Shown here: one piece after another, positions 51,805-62,299 of the stretch
Layout of the letters: each line of letters starts with the position of its first letter
How positions within the stretch are numbered: position 1 is the stretch's first letter
DNA from: Negaprion brevirostris
Lineage: Eukaryota
Assembly (NCBI GenBank): GCA_030324005.1
Contig: JARDVH010000042.1
Span: 42,079,129-42,143,128 of the forward strand
Direction: 5' to 3'
DNA: 64,000 bases
Made by a program: the position numbers and the translations under genes
The notes under the pieces: generated by a model
Seen by the model: the letters and a program-made list of their open reading frames with translations, nothing else
Databases searched by the model: none
What the model was told of the DNA's origin: nothing

Positions 51805-52585
51805 CGGATCTATGTCTTGGTCCATATGTTTGGTTTTCCTGATGTTGATTGTCAGTCCAAACTCTTTGCCAGTTAGGAGAACTAAACTGCACTTGCTGCT
51901 AGTGGACTTCAGTATGGGATGTCAGCGTGGCATTATCAGGAAACAGCAAATTATAAGACTGGGACATTATAAGCTTTGTGCACTACCTTGCCAACTTGCA
52001 CAGCTTACTGTCAGTTTCAGCATGCAAGTAGACACCTTTATTTGAGTTGCCTAAAGTGTAAAATAACGGCATGGAGAGAAATATGCTAAAGAGAACTGGC
52101 ACCAGGATACAACCCTGCGTCACCCTACTGCTGACCTTGAAAGCTTCAGGTGTTGCTCCTTTGTAACTGATGGAACTGCATGTTCTTGTGGAAAGAAGAA
52201 ATGATGCCCAAGGATACAACCTAATTTCCACAGCAAATTAAAGAGCCTGACTTTGCTGATGAGATCGAAGGCCTTGACAAGGTCTATGAAGGTAACATTG
52301 AGTGGTCTGGTCTGTTAGTGAGACTTACCTTGTATCTATTGAAGTAACAAAGTCATGTTGGCTATTTATCTACCAGCTCTGAAGTTACACTGTGACTCAG
52401 GATTGATGTATAATGCTAGGGTCTGCAAATGGTCAATGTAACCTGAGCAAAGACTTTCCCCATGATACTTTGCACAGAGATGCCTTAGTAATTGTTGCAG
52501 TCACTGTGATCTGCTTTATTTTTGTACAAGGTGATTATATTTGCATCATGTCTTGAGGCACAAATATTTCCTTCCAACAGACATA
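51805..52585 (-). mobile_element. RTE-clade LINE, RT region (5' half of the 48750-49543 copy)
   Basis: DCNNY, PESQCNFRAGR, FIDLVKAFDLIS, FKVSSRVTQGCILVPVLFSIF, EFGLTINIRKTK. Confidence 0.88.
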
Positions 52586-53344
52586 CTAAGTTAATGGAGA
52601 TGCTGTCACAGTGCTGATTTTCCAATGTTGGGCGTTTACCACTGGCAACATCGTCAGTGGCCTTGTTGTTCCTAGCTCAGACTGAGGCAAGAGAAATGCT
52701 CCCTGAAGATCTTGACCTTCTATGATATCCCTTCTCCCCCTCCTTCCTCTGTGACTAGCTTGTCCTCTCCTGTGCTGCATTTGCCTTTCATCCTTTGAGC
52801 CAAAGGGGATGGTCATCATCACATTCATGACCGGAGGCAAGTAGTCTGGCTGGAACTCTTGTAGAAGAAACTATGGCTTTTTCTATGTCCAGTATCACTC
52901 CTGTTGACTTCAACTTTAAACAGCAGGAGAAAACTCACCATAATTCTACAAACTCAGAGAGAGACATCTGAAATCAATCAGCAACTAATCTGAAAGTAAT
53001 TGATGATCTCTTTAAATAGCACAAGTGGGGGGAATCCTTCTAGCGTTCAACTGTGTATGTTTAAGAGAAAGTGATATCTAGAGCAATGAGGTCAAAAATG
53101 GCAGCACTGGCATCAAATCAGCTGACTGATGCCATGATCTGCCCACTCCCCTAACTCTCATATAACACCTGCATTAATGCCCGCATCAAAATGACATCCA
53201 GTGTAGATTGTGCCAGGAATGTGCATGGACAGTGCAGACACCATTTTGTTAACAAAGCAGCACTTATTGCTAAAATTACAAACACCATGGATTCAAATTA
53301 GGTGACTACAGTGCTACATTCAGTAGGTGAGGGACTAATGTCAA

Positions 53345-53525
53345 AACAGATTATCTGGTCATTTATCTCATTGCTGTTCATGGAACCTTGCTGTGCACAA
53401 ATTGTCTGCTACGCCTATTTATATTACAACTGGCACTTCAATACAAAGATACCTTGTTGATTCTAAAGTGATTTGAATGTCTCAAGAACATGAAAGTGCA
53501 ATGTTAATGCAAATTCTGTCTTTTC
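53345..53525 (+). mobile_element. DeuSINE (SacSINE1/AmnSINE1-like) Deu domain and 3' tail
   Basis: CAGATTATCTGGTCATTTATCTCATTGCTGTT..CTTGCTGTGCACAAATTG..TGAAAG..AATGCAAATTCT. Confidence 0.75.
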
Positions 53526-54179
53526 ATTTTGTTTGCTCTTGCATATTACAGTAAATTGGCTCACGTATGAAAAGAGTTGAAAGTTGTCACTCAGGACTTC
53601 CACTCTTCTTGCCAGAGAATCTCATAAGCAGTAAGAGGAAGATAAATAGTAATGGGGGAGGGCTCGCACTCATCAATGGAAGAGACCATTATTGACATGA
53701 TTGGAAGAGACACAGCAGTTCAGAGACACAGCAAGGTTATAGGCAATTTCCCTTCCCTTCTTTTCTTTCTGCTGGATTATTTGCACTCAATTATTTCCTG
53801 AAATAACTGAATGATGGCATAGCAAGTTCTTGCCATCTAACTAATCTGAATATTTGCACTTCAACCCTCTTCCTGGAAACATCAGAAGACTTTGCCTTGA
53901 GGATCATACAGACTGATGAGCATCATTATCTGCAATATTCTAGAGGTTTCAACACAAGGTTGGGTACTCACTATACAGCTTGGGTCAATGTACATAGGAC
54001 ACCCGAGAATCAGTAAGATGAACAGAAATGGACGGAAGTTACTGGAGTGATGCAGTTACAGGGAAGTCTGCATGGAAACAGCTACTTTCATACCAAACTA
54101 GATGCTCTCAGAGTCAACAGAATCAAATCTCAGCAGAATGCTCTGCACTGCACCAGTCAATACTGGTTGAAACTCTATG

Positions 54180-54900
54180 ACTGGATATATTCTATTGCTG
54201 AACCTGGGGATGCAGGCGATATCTCTGATATGTCCCATTTGTCACCCACTGCTGAATAAGGGAAGTGACTGATGCTGTTTATGCCAATGGAAGGGAGTGC
54301 GTTGTGTTCATTCTGACCAAACAGAAACAGAGGAACCTGCACATGGTTTTGCCAGAATTGCAGGCATCCTGATGATGTGCTTTGCCATCAACAATCCACA
54401 TGTTGCTTTGGAAACTACATCTATATGCAGAAATGTACCCTAACCGCAAAGGGTTCCATTCCCTGAATGTGCAGTTGGCATGCTCTGACGAGAGGTTATC
54501 CAGACTGGAAACATTGATTCTATTCTCTCTCCACAGATGCTGTCAGACCTGCTGAGATTTTCCAGCATTTGCTGTTTTTGTTGTAGTGTGCAATAGTGCT
54601 CAGCATACACGCAAATAAATACCCAATATTCTGGTAGCAATCACGATACCTTTATAGCCCCATCCACTATTCCCAGAGTGTTTGAACCACTATGTCAAAC
54701 AAGACACTGGCTGTTGGATTTCAGGGGCTATCCATGTAGCTCATGATGCAGATGCACAGCCCTACCCCATGTGGCCAGCATATGTATAATGAGAGCCATG
54801 GAGTCACAACATACATCTTTGGGCTGACCATTGGGGATCTTCACTCTGGAGGAACGCTGCAGTATTAATCTGTCCTGATTCATGGTGTAAGTGCACAATC
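54180..54900 (+). pseudogene. Second Harbinger transposase relic
   Basis: GFARIAG, NRKGFHSLNVQL, YSGSNHDTFI, WLL..GYP, YNESH motifs; split by a pLTR insertion. Confidence 0.85.
54483..54582 (+). mobile_element. Solo Penelope pLTR with hammerhead remnant
   Basis: CTGACGA(54485)..GAAAC..TCTCTCCACAGATGCTGTCAGACCTGCTGAGATTTTCCAGCATT. Confidence 0.85.
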
Positions 54901-55483
54901 TTGTTGTCAGGATGTACAACCCTAGTAACCAGGGAAAATGAATCTCCAGGCCTTTATTTTTTTCTTTTCATGCATTNNNNNNNNNNNNNNNNNNNNNNNN
55001 NNNNNNNNNNNNNNNNNNNNNNNNNNNNNNNNNCACTATGTTTTCCAGGTGTAGCACAAATAACAGCTCGTGATAACTTTAAAATCAATATTAAATGGCT
55101 TGAAAATGATACCATTTAAATATTTTCCATCACTAACACCGAAATTACTCTTCCTTAATACTGCTTCTGTGACTCTTCTCATCGTTTTCAAATGCATGAT
55201 AAAGCACACATGGAGTATATACTGTTACTGTTAATCCGATGGCTAATGCACTGTTCTGAAAAAAATAGTGCACAAAAATGGCAAGGCATAACTCAAAAAC
55301 ATGTATATTGCATACATGTTATCATTAATTTGATGGCTAGTGCAGCATTTTGAAAGAATAGTGCACTAAAATGGTACAGCATTTGTAGGGCTAAGCTGAA
55401 AATAAATAGTATCACATTTTATAGAAATTCATAGAATTGTTTAAAATGACTTATATTTGATGTAGTCCAGTATCACAGGAAGT

Positions 55484-55800
55484 GGGCAGCATGGTGGCAC
55501 AGTGGTTAGCACTGCTTCCTCACAGTGCCAGGGATCTGGCTTTAATTCCCGGCTTGAGTCAGTGTCTGTGTGGTGTCTTCATGTTCTCCCTGTGTCTGCA
55601 TGGGCTTCCTCCGGGTGCTCCAGTTTCCTCCCACAGTCCAAAGATGTGAGGGTTAGGTGAACTGGCCATGTTAAATTGCTCTTTAAGTGTCAGGCAGACT
55701 AGCAGGATAAATATGTGGGGTTACAGGAATAGGGCCTGGTGGGAGGGATTGTGATCAGTGCAGATCTGATGGACTGAATGACCTCTTTTGGTTGGAATTC
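55484..55800 (+). mobile_element. HE1-type SINE
   Basis: GGGCAGCATGGTGGCACAGTGGTTAGCACTGC head, full core and tail. Confidence 0.9.
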
Positions 55801-56484
55801 TCTGAAGTAGCCAACTTGGTACATATTTTACCCACTGTCTCATTCATAGACATGGACAGTTTGATATTAATTCTAAATAGTCAAAGTATTCAGAAGACAG
55901 AAAAAAATGACACAGAACAGCATAAGAGTGTAGTAAAATGAACACAGAACCCTACTTGGTATATTTGACTGAATTAATTAGTTGAAGCTAAATTTACAAT
56001 TGTCTTTGACCCCCATATTGCATGAAGCTGGAAACAATATTTATGTGCCTATATCTTCATCTTCATATGCAATATATTTTGGCTGCATCTAGGATAAATT
56101 CATGTTTTTTTCAAATAAAATTAATGAAATATTTATGCATTTAACTTGTATCAGTTGATAAGTTCTATCAATCAGTGCTGCTTATTTATGCAACAAAGGA
56201 CATTTTAAATATGGTAGTTAAAGCACTGACTTTTATAAACAACATAGATATCCAATGAAAGAAATAATCTAAACAAATAGTTGCTTGATATTGATGGGTT
56301 GGATTTTCCATTGAATTTCTGCCAGATGTTTAATAGGTCTGAATCATTAAAGTGAATAAAAGGAGACAATAATACTGACTGCGTCTGGTCCATCGCTAAG
56401 CGGATGGCACCTGAGATTGATCTCTCTAAAAAAAATACTGATGCCCGTTCAGCCTCATCAAAATGGCAAAAGTGAACATGAGGT

Positions 56485-57653
56485 GGAGATGCCGGCATTG
56501 GACTTGGGTGGGTACAATAAGAAATCTCACAGCACCAGATTAAAGTCCAACAACTTATTTGGAATCACGAGCTTTCGGAGCACTGCCCCTTAATCGGTTG
56601 ATGAAGGAGCAGTGCTCGGAAAGCTCATGGCTGCAATTCTCCAAAAGTGCTGAATTGGCAGGAAAACTGTTCTAAATCTCGACTGTTTTGTCAGTTCAGC
56701 TTCTCACCTGAATCTCCGAACTCTGTGCACTACGGCGGTTCCCGTCATGGCTATCATTAAAAACTCAGGTGGGCTGAGGCCCATTCATGCCGGAGTTTGA
56801 CAGGTGTGGAATTTTGTGCATGTGCAGTGGTCCCGATTTGTCAGACTCCCTGTTTGCTGGCCCCCACAGCCTTTCCCGAGCCAACCTTGACACCACCCCC
56901 ATTCCAGAGNNNNNNNNNNNNNNNNNNNNNNNNNNNNNNNNNNNNNNNNNNNNNNNNNNNNNNNNNNNNNNNNNNNNNNNNNNNNNNNNNNNNNNNNNNN
57001 NNNNNNNNNNNNNNNNNNNNNNNNNNNNNNNNAGCCCCCCTCCCCGCTTCTCCCCAGCAGACTGCTAGCCTGTCCCAATCGCTGTCCTCCCTCTATCCCA
57101 CACTGATCCTGTCTGCAGAGCGGAACAGGCCCACCCAACCAATTGTCCCAAGGCTCCACCCACAATAGGGCCAAGGTGCCCCCGGGCATAGGCATTTTGT
57201 CCCTTGGGCAGTGCAAGGAGGCACAGGCTGGCAATACCAGGGTGCCCCCGATTTCCCCTCCATTCCGGCAGGGTCTCCAGCTAGTTCCCCGTACGTGGAG
57301 AGCTAGTCTAAACCCTGCCAGAATGAAGTACTCCTGACGGGGAGGGAGACTCAATCAGGACCCTAAGTTCCCAATAATCACATTTAAAACATATTTAAAA
57401 TACATTTTTAAAAAATTCAAATAACTTACCTGTCTTCCTGCCAGTTTCCAGCATGGTCTGACTGGCGACTATTGACCGGCTGTGGGAGATGTGCATACAT
57501 TCCTCGAGCATGGGCAAATCCCGGACCAAGGCTGGCAACGTGCATCCCCCACTGCGACCCTCCAGAACACTTTTCTGGCGGGTTGCAATGGGAGAGTTGC
57601 GGCCCATGATTCTAAATAAACCTGTTGGACTTTAACCTGGTGTTGTGAGACTT
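56485..57653. mobile_element. Second Penelope-type pLTR family, inverted pair, interrupted by a DNA transposon
   Basis: TCTCACAGCACCAGATTAAAGTCCAAC..TATTTGGAATCACGAGCTTTC mirrors GAAAGCTCATG..ATTCTAAATAAACCTGTTGGACTTTAACCTGGTGTTGTGAGA. Confidence 0.75.
56629..57605. mobile_element. Non-autonomous Harbinger-type element
   Basis: TIRs GGCTGCAATTCTCC / GGAGAGTTGCGGCC(C); CATG on both junctions (TSD CAT or ATG). Confidence 0.8.
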
Positions 57654-58902
57654 TATAAAAGTGAATTTGGCATATTTCTCCAGTCCAACTTTCAGGACAT
57701 CAACCCAGGTCTTAATTATTATAGGAGGTAATATGAACAGCAGAGTCTTATCTCTAAAGTGGGGTGGCAATCATGTTTTCTGGAGCTGAAGATTTTTCTT
57801 ACTTTATCGACCTATTGATGTTCGCTGTGTAATGTGTCGAAGATTCTGTGAAGACTGAGGCTGGTCTGTTTGGTAAACTATGTAGTCAGTACAGTTGGGG
57901 ACTGTGGAAAGGACTTTTCCAAAGGAAATCTTTTCAGGTTTATGTTTTGAGGGAGAAGGGGAGGGCACATTGGAAAAGATATGATTAAAGACAATAGAAA
58001 GTGAATTCTCATAGATGATGCAGAAGTAGAAGGTCAAGCTTTGATTTCTCTGCAGCTTCAGAAGGCTGTGATTCCACTTCCCACTCCCACTCTTGAGGTT
58101 ATTGAGGAAAAATGTCGACTGCTATCTAGGAAAAAGCATCACTTTTAACAGATAAAGCCTCTATTGCCTTCAATTTCTTTATGAATAGATCCTGCCAGAT
58201 AGCATTTGGTCACTCGCCAAATTGGGCAGACAGCAATTTGTCATTGCATTCAATTGTTTTCTCCAGGTGAACCATGCACTTTGGATGGGATTACCAGTGC
58301 CAATGGGGTCTTGTCTGCCAATTACAGAGCTGACTATAGCCCTATGTCGCCTCTTTCCAGGAAGGCATATCATTGCCACCCATCACCCTCCCACCCGATA
58401 AAATGTCTCCCTCCACCTATGTCATCACACAGGATGGTATTGAATTTTGTCCTTCAATTTCTTTGCAATGGCCTTAATATTATGGGGCACCCTGGCCATT
58501 ACCCATACCATTCCCCTCATTACGTGCTTCTCCCCGCTCATTGGCTAAAAGTTGGAAAGAGCCTGCCTACAATCATAAATGGCTGTCCTGTAGCAATGTA
58601 ACACTGAGAACAGCATTAAATGTTTTAAGTCAAGGCTGTCCCTATCTTGGAGGATATATTACCTTAGCAAGACGGTTGGATGGCTGACAGATCTGTAGTC
58701 CCAGCAGTACGTCCGACTGTACTGCCAGATGGGTACAGTTGCCCACTGCTGGCAATATAAGCAGTTCCATTTCTTGCAAAGTAGAGAAGAGGTGGGGTGC
58801 AAGCAATATCACCCCCACCTCCTCCATAAAATCCAGCCCCTTGCCTGGAGCCCCTCATTTGGAGGTACTGGAGGAAGTCTTTAGCTAACAGGCTTATGGT
58901 CT

Positions 58903-59000
58903 TTCTCTGGATGGACATCAACATCTGTGAGCAATTCTTGCAATGCACAGGTGCAAAGAGGTGCTACTGATCATTGTCATTACACACCAAATAATCTCTT
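58903..59000 (+). repeat. 98-bp segment duplicated at 62573-62670
   Basis: Ungapped alignment, 8 mismatches by my count. Confidence 0.9.
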
Positions 59001-59309
59001 AGCTGCATTGCTAGCTGTGTGCAAATGTGGTAATTAGGTTGACCCTTAAGTTATATATTGAAGCAGTAGGTACCAAGCTACAGTCATCTTATGAAGCTTC
59101 TTGTCTTTAAAACACAAGTCAATTCCCTTCAGCCCTAATTCCAACACTTCCATGAACTTATCAGAGAACCTAAAGCCTTCCCTGCTGCTAAGCCCATCAC
59201 ATTCTCTTCCCTCTGAGGCAACTTCACACGTTTTATACTTTGCTTATGCTGTTCAGAATAACTTTCCAATTTGAAGGGGGAAGCGATTCAAATTCAACCT
59301 ATTGAGCTT

Positions 59310-60685
59310 ATAACAAAGACAAAGTTGGAAAAGCAAAGGAGGTCAGGCAGTATCTGTGGAGAGAAAAACAGAGTTAATGGGCTCGATTTTATCATTGCAT
59401 GAAAACATGGTAAATTTGGGTGTCAGGCCATTAACACGCTCCACACCTGTGTCTGCATTGATTGCCACTTTATCAAAACCCAAGAATGGCAGCGATCTGC
59501 TTTGCGCCTAAAACAGGCACAGCGGCAATTTAAATGCATTTATATGCAATTTAAATGCATTTATATGCATTTAAATTGAATTAATGATCTGCCTGCCCAA
59601 CTTTACCAGCATTTCCTCCTTTACCGTTGTGTTTGCCAATCTGGAACCGCACCTTAATGGACCTGTTAACCAGAAGTCTGAATCGGGCGCTCCAGCTGCT
59701 GAAGAATGTGTTCAGTGCTTCCAATGGCTCTCTGACTCAGATCAGTGGTGGGGGGAAGGCGGGAGGTGGGTCAGATCATTCTCTGGTTGTGGGTAGGGAG
59801 GAGGAGGAGGAGGCAGGTCAGATGTATCTCTGGTGGTGGGGGTGGGGGGNNNNNNNNNNNNNNNNNNNNNNNNNNNNNNNNNNNNNNNNNNNNNNNNNNN
59901 NNNNNNNNNNNNNNNNNNNNNNNNNNNNNNNNNNNNNNNNNNNNNNNNNNNNNNNNNNNNNNNNNNNNNNNNNNNNNNNNNNNNNNNNNNNNNNNNNNNN
60001 NNNNNNNNNNNNNNNNNNNNNNNNNNNNNNNNNNNNNNNNNNNNNNNNNNNNNNNNNNNNNNNNNNNNNNNNNNNNNNNNNNNNNNNNNNNNNNNNNNNN
60101 NNNNNNAGGTAAGATGTATCTCTGGTTGGGGGGAGGCCTGATCACTCACTGGGGCGGCTGGGGGGTCAGATGGATCTCTGGTGGGGGGGGGCAGATAGAT
60201 CTCTGGTGGAACATGGAGGGGGCAGGGGGGTCCGCTGCCACTCTGCAGGCAATCGATGGAGGGGGAGGAGGACAGGAGCGGTGATTGGTCTGGGTAGCAG
60301 GGTGGGTGGATAAGGGGGACAGTGGTGTATGTGTAATGATGGGAGGTGTATAAGGGGGACAGTGATGTGTGTGTGCACAATCACTCCCGCTTTTTGCTCC
60401 CGGGCCACTTCCTCCACTTTTTGCTGCCCAGGAGCGATCTGACATGGGCACGTTTTTTCAAATATTTTTCCAACTGTGCATGTGCAGTTCAGATCATTTT
60501 GGGTGCCCTAAGCCTTGCCCGCAGCGTGAATGGGACCTGCGATTTTTTTTCAGGCAAAGTGCGTTTGGGGGCGCCTGAAAGCAGATTTCCAAGTCGGATC
60601 TGAATTATGCCCAGATTCAGCACTTAGAATGAAGATGGTAAAATCGGGCTCAGTATCTTGAGTCTGTGTGACTCTTCTTCAAATT
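59310..60685 (-). mobile_element. Penelope pLTR split by a DNA transposon
   Basis: GGTCAGGCAGTATCTGTGGAGAGAAAAACAGAGTTAAT [insert] AGTATCTTGAGTCTGTGTGACTCTTCTTCA. Confidence 0.75.
59379..60651. mobile_element. Non-autonomous Harbinger-type element (spans an N gap)
   Basis: TIRs GGGCTCGATTTTATCAT / ATGGTAAAATCGGGCTC; flanks AAT/AGT; internal 21-bp tandem repeat GCAATTTAAATGCATTTATAT. Confidence 0.8.
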
Positions 60686-62299
60686 ATATCTTGGTAAAAT
60701 GGCTAAGAAACTCAGGAAAAAAATATATTAGCAGTTGGAGAAGGATATAGTTCATGGCATCACTGGAAGCGAAAGGAAGGGAAAAACTGAACTGAAAATG
60801 ATTCAATGTGTGGATAGAGTAGTGATAGCTTGATACTTGCAGTTTGTAACCACGTTACAGCAGGAAGATTTTTTCATTGTCACTCAAGAGATGGTAAGTG
60901 GTGTAAATTATCATAATTTAACAGATGTTTGACTAAACCAATAAGAAGATCTGCAATAACCTCCAGTGACCCTTGACAAAAGTTACAGGCTGAACCTGAA
61001 CAAGATAAATTGCATTCCAATGAAAAAAAAAGCGCAATTGTATATAGATGTTTTGATCTTAATGAGCTTTGGTCTTTCCAAGTAAAACTTGTGAACTCCA
61101 CTGCATGTGACAAATGCTGATGATAGCCAAAGTATCAGGGAAAATTATTATTGTCATCTCCAGCCTAGTTAAATTAATCCAGTGAGCAATTAAAATATAA
61201 ATACTGATTCTGGAAAAGTAGTGGTCTCCATCATGCTTTCCTTCTTGTGGGCCTTACACTTTGTCATGTTAAAACTGGATTATTGAATTTAGCGGAGAAT
61301 AACTATAAAAAATTAACCGTATCGTGTTCACATGGTAAGTGAGCTCATATCAGTAAACCAGCAAGTTGTAATGTCCATTTTAACCTTACCGTTAATTACA
61401 TTTCCCCCGTGTATGCAATGAATTGCCCCAACTGGATTTGAAATAAATCCCTGTGCTAACTGTTTTATTTGCTCCTGTTTCAAGGGGTTATCATTAAAAT
61501 TCAAACATGGTGGGAATTTTTATAAAATAATTGAACAGAAAATGCAGGAGACTTAGAATGGGCAATCTGGTACAGAGAAACACATGATATTTAATTATGT
61601 TCTAATGATCAAAAACCATGAAATGATTTAGTTAGAGACCTTTGGCTGCGGTTTGCAACTTTGCATAAATCATGGTTTCTGGACAGACACTTGAAAATTA
61701 CATTGAATAATGAATAAGAAATATTACATTGGTAGCGTACATAGTTGCCAAAAGACCAGCATTGTGGTTTGGGAAAAGTTGGAATTAAAGGTAGAATATT
61801 CAGCATTCTTTGAAGCTCAATTCTTTGTAACTTAATTATTTTCTGCTGCAGGTTAGATTTTGACAAACAGAAATTCATGGTTTAAATCTGCAACAGCCCA
61901 CCATGAAATTCACTGAGAAAATATGTCCCCAGTTTAGTAGTATCCTACTTTGTAAATTGCAACTATGACAGAATTTGGAATACACAAATATTGGAAACAG
62001 GAATAGACTATTCAGTCCCTTGAATATGCTCTGCTATCCTGACTTGTCAATACCACAGCTCCATTTTCCTACCTTTGCTTCACATTCTTCAAAATCCTTA
62101 ATCAACAAAANNNNNNNNNNNNNNNNNNNNNNNNNNNNNNNNNNNNNNNNNNNNNNNNNNNNNNNNNNNNNNNNNNNNNNNNNNNNNNNNNNNNNNNNNN
62201 NNNNNNNNNNCTTGAATATGCTCTGCTATCCTGACTTGTCACTACCCCAGCTCCAGTTTCCTACCATTGCTTCACAGTCTTCAAAATCCTTACTCAACA

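Noticed and set aside
52254-52280. GCTGATGAGATCGAA (ADEIE) resembling the start of the next CUX1 exon
   Set aside because: No AG acceptor, diverges immediately, and is the antisense of the RTE motif DLVKAFDLIS
55484-55560. tRNA-like A/B boxes here and in other SINE heads
   Set aside because: They are SINE heads continuing into SINE core and tail, not tRNA genes
59519-59580. Short direct repeats that might suggest a CRISPR-like array
   Set aside because: Head-to-tail 21-bp tandem repeat with no spacers, in eukaryotic TE context; no cas genes
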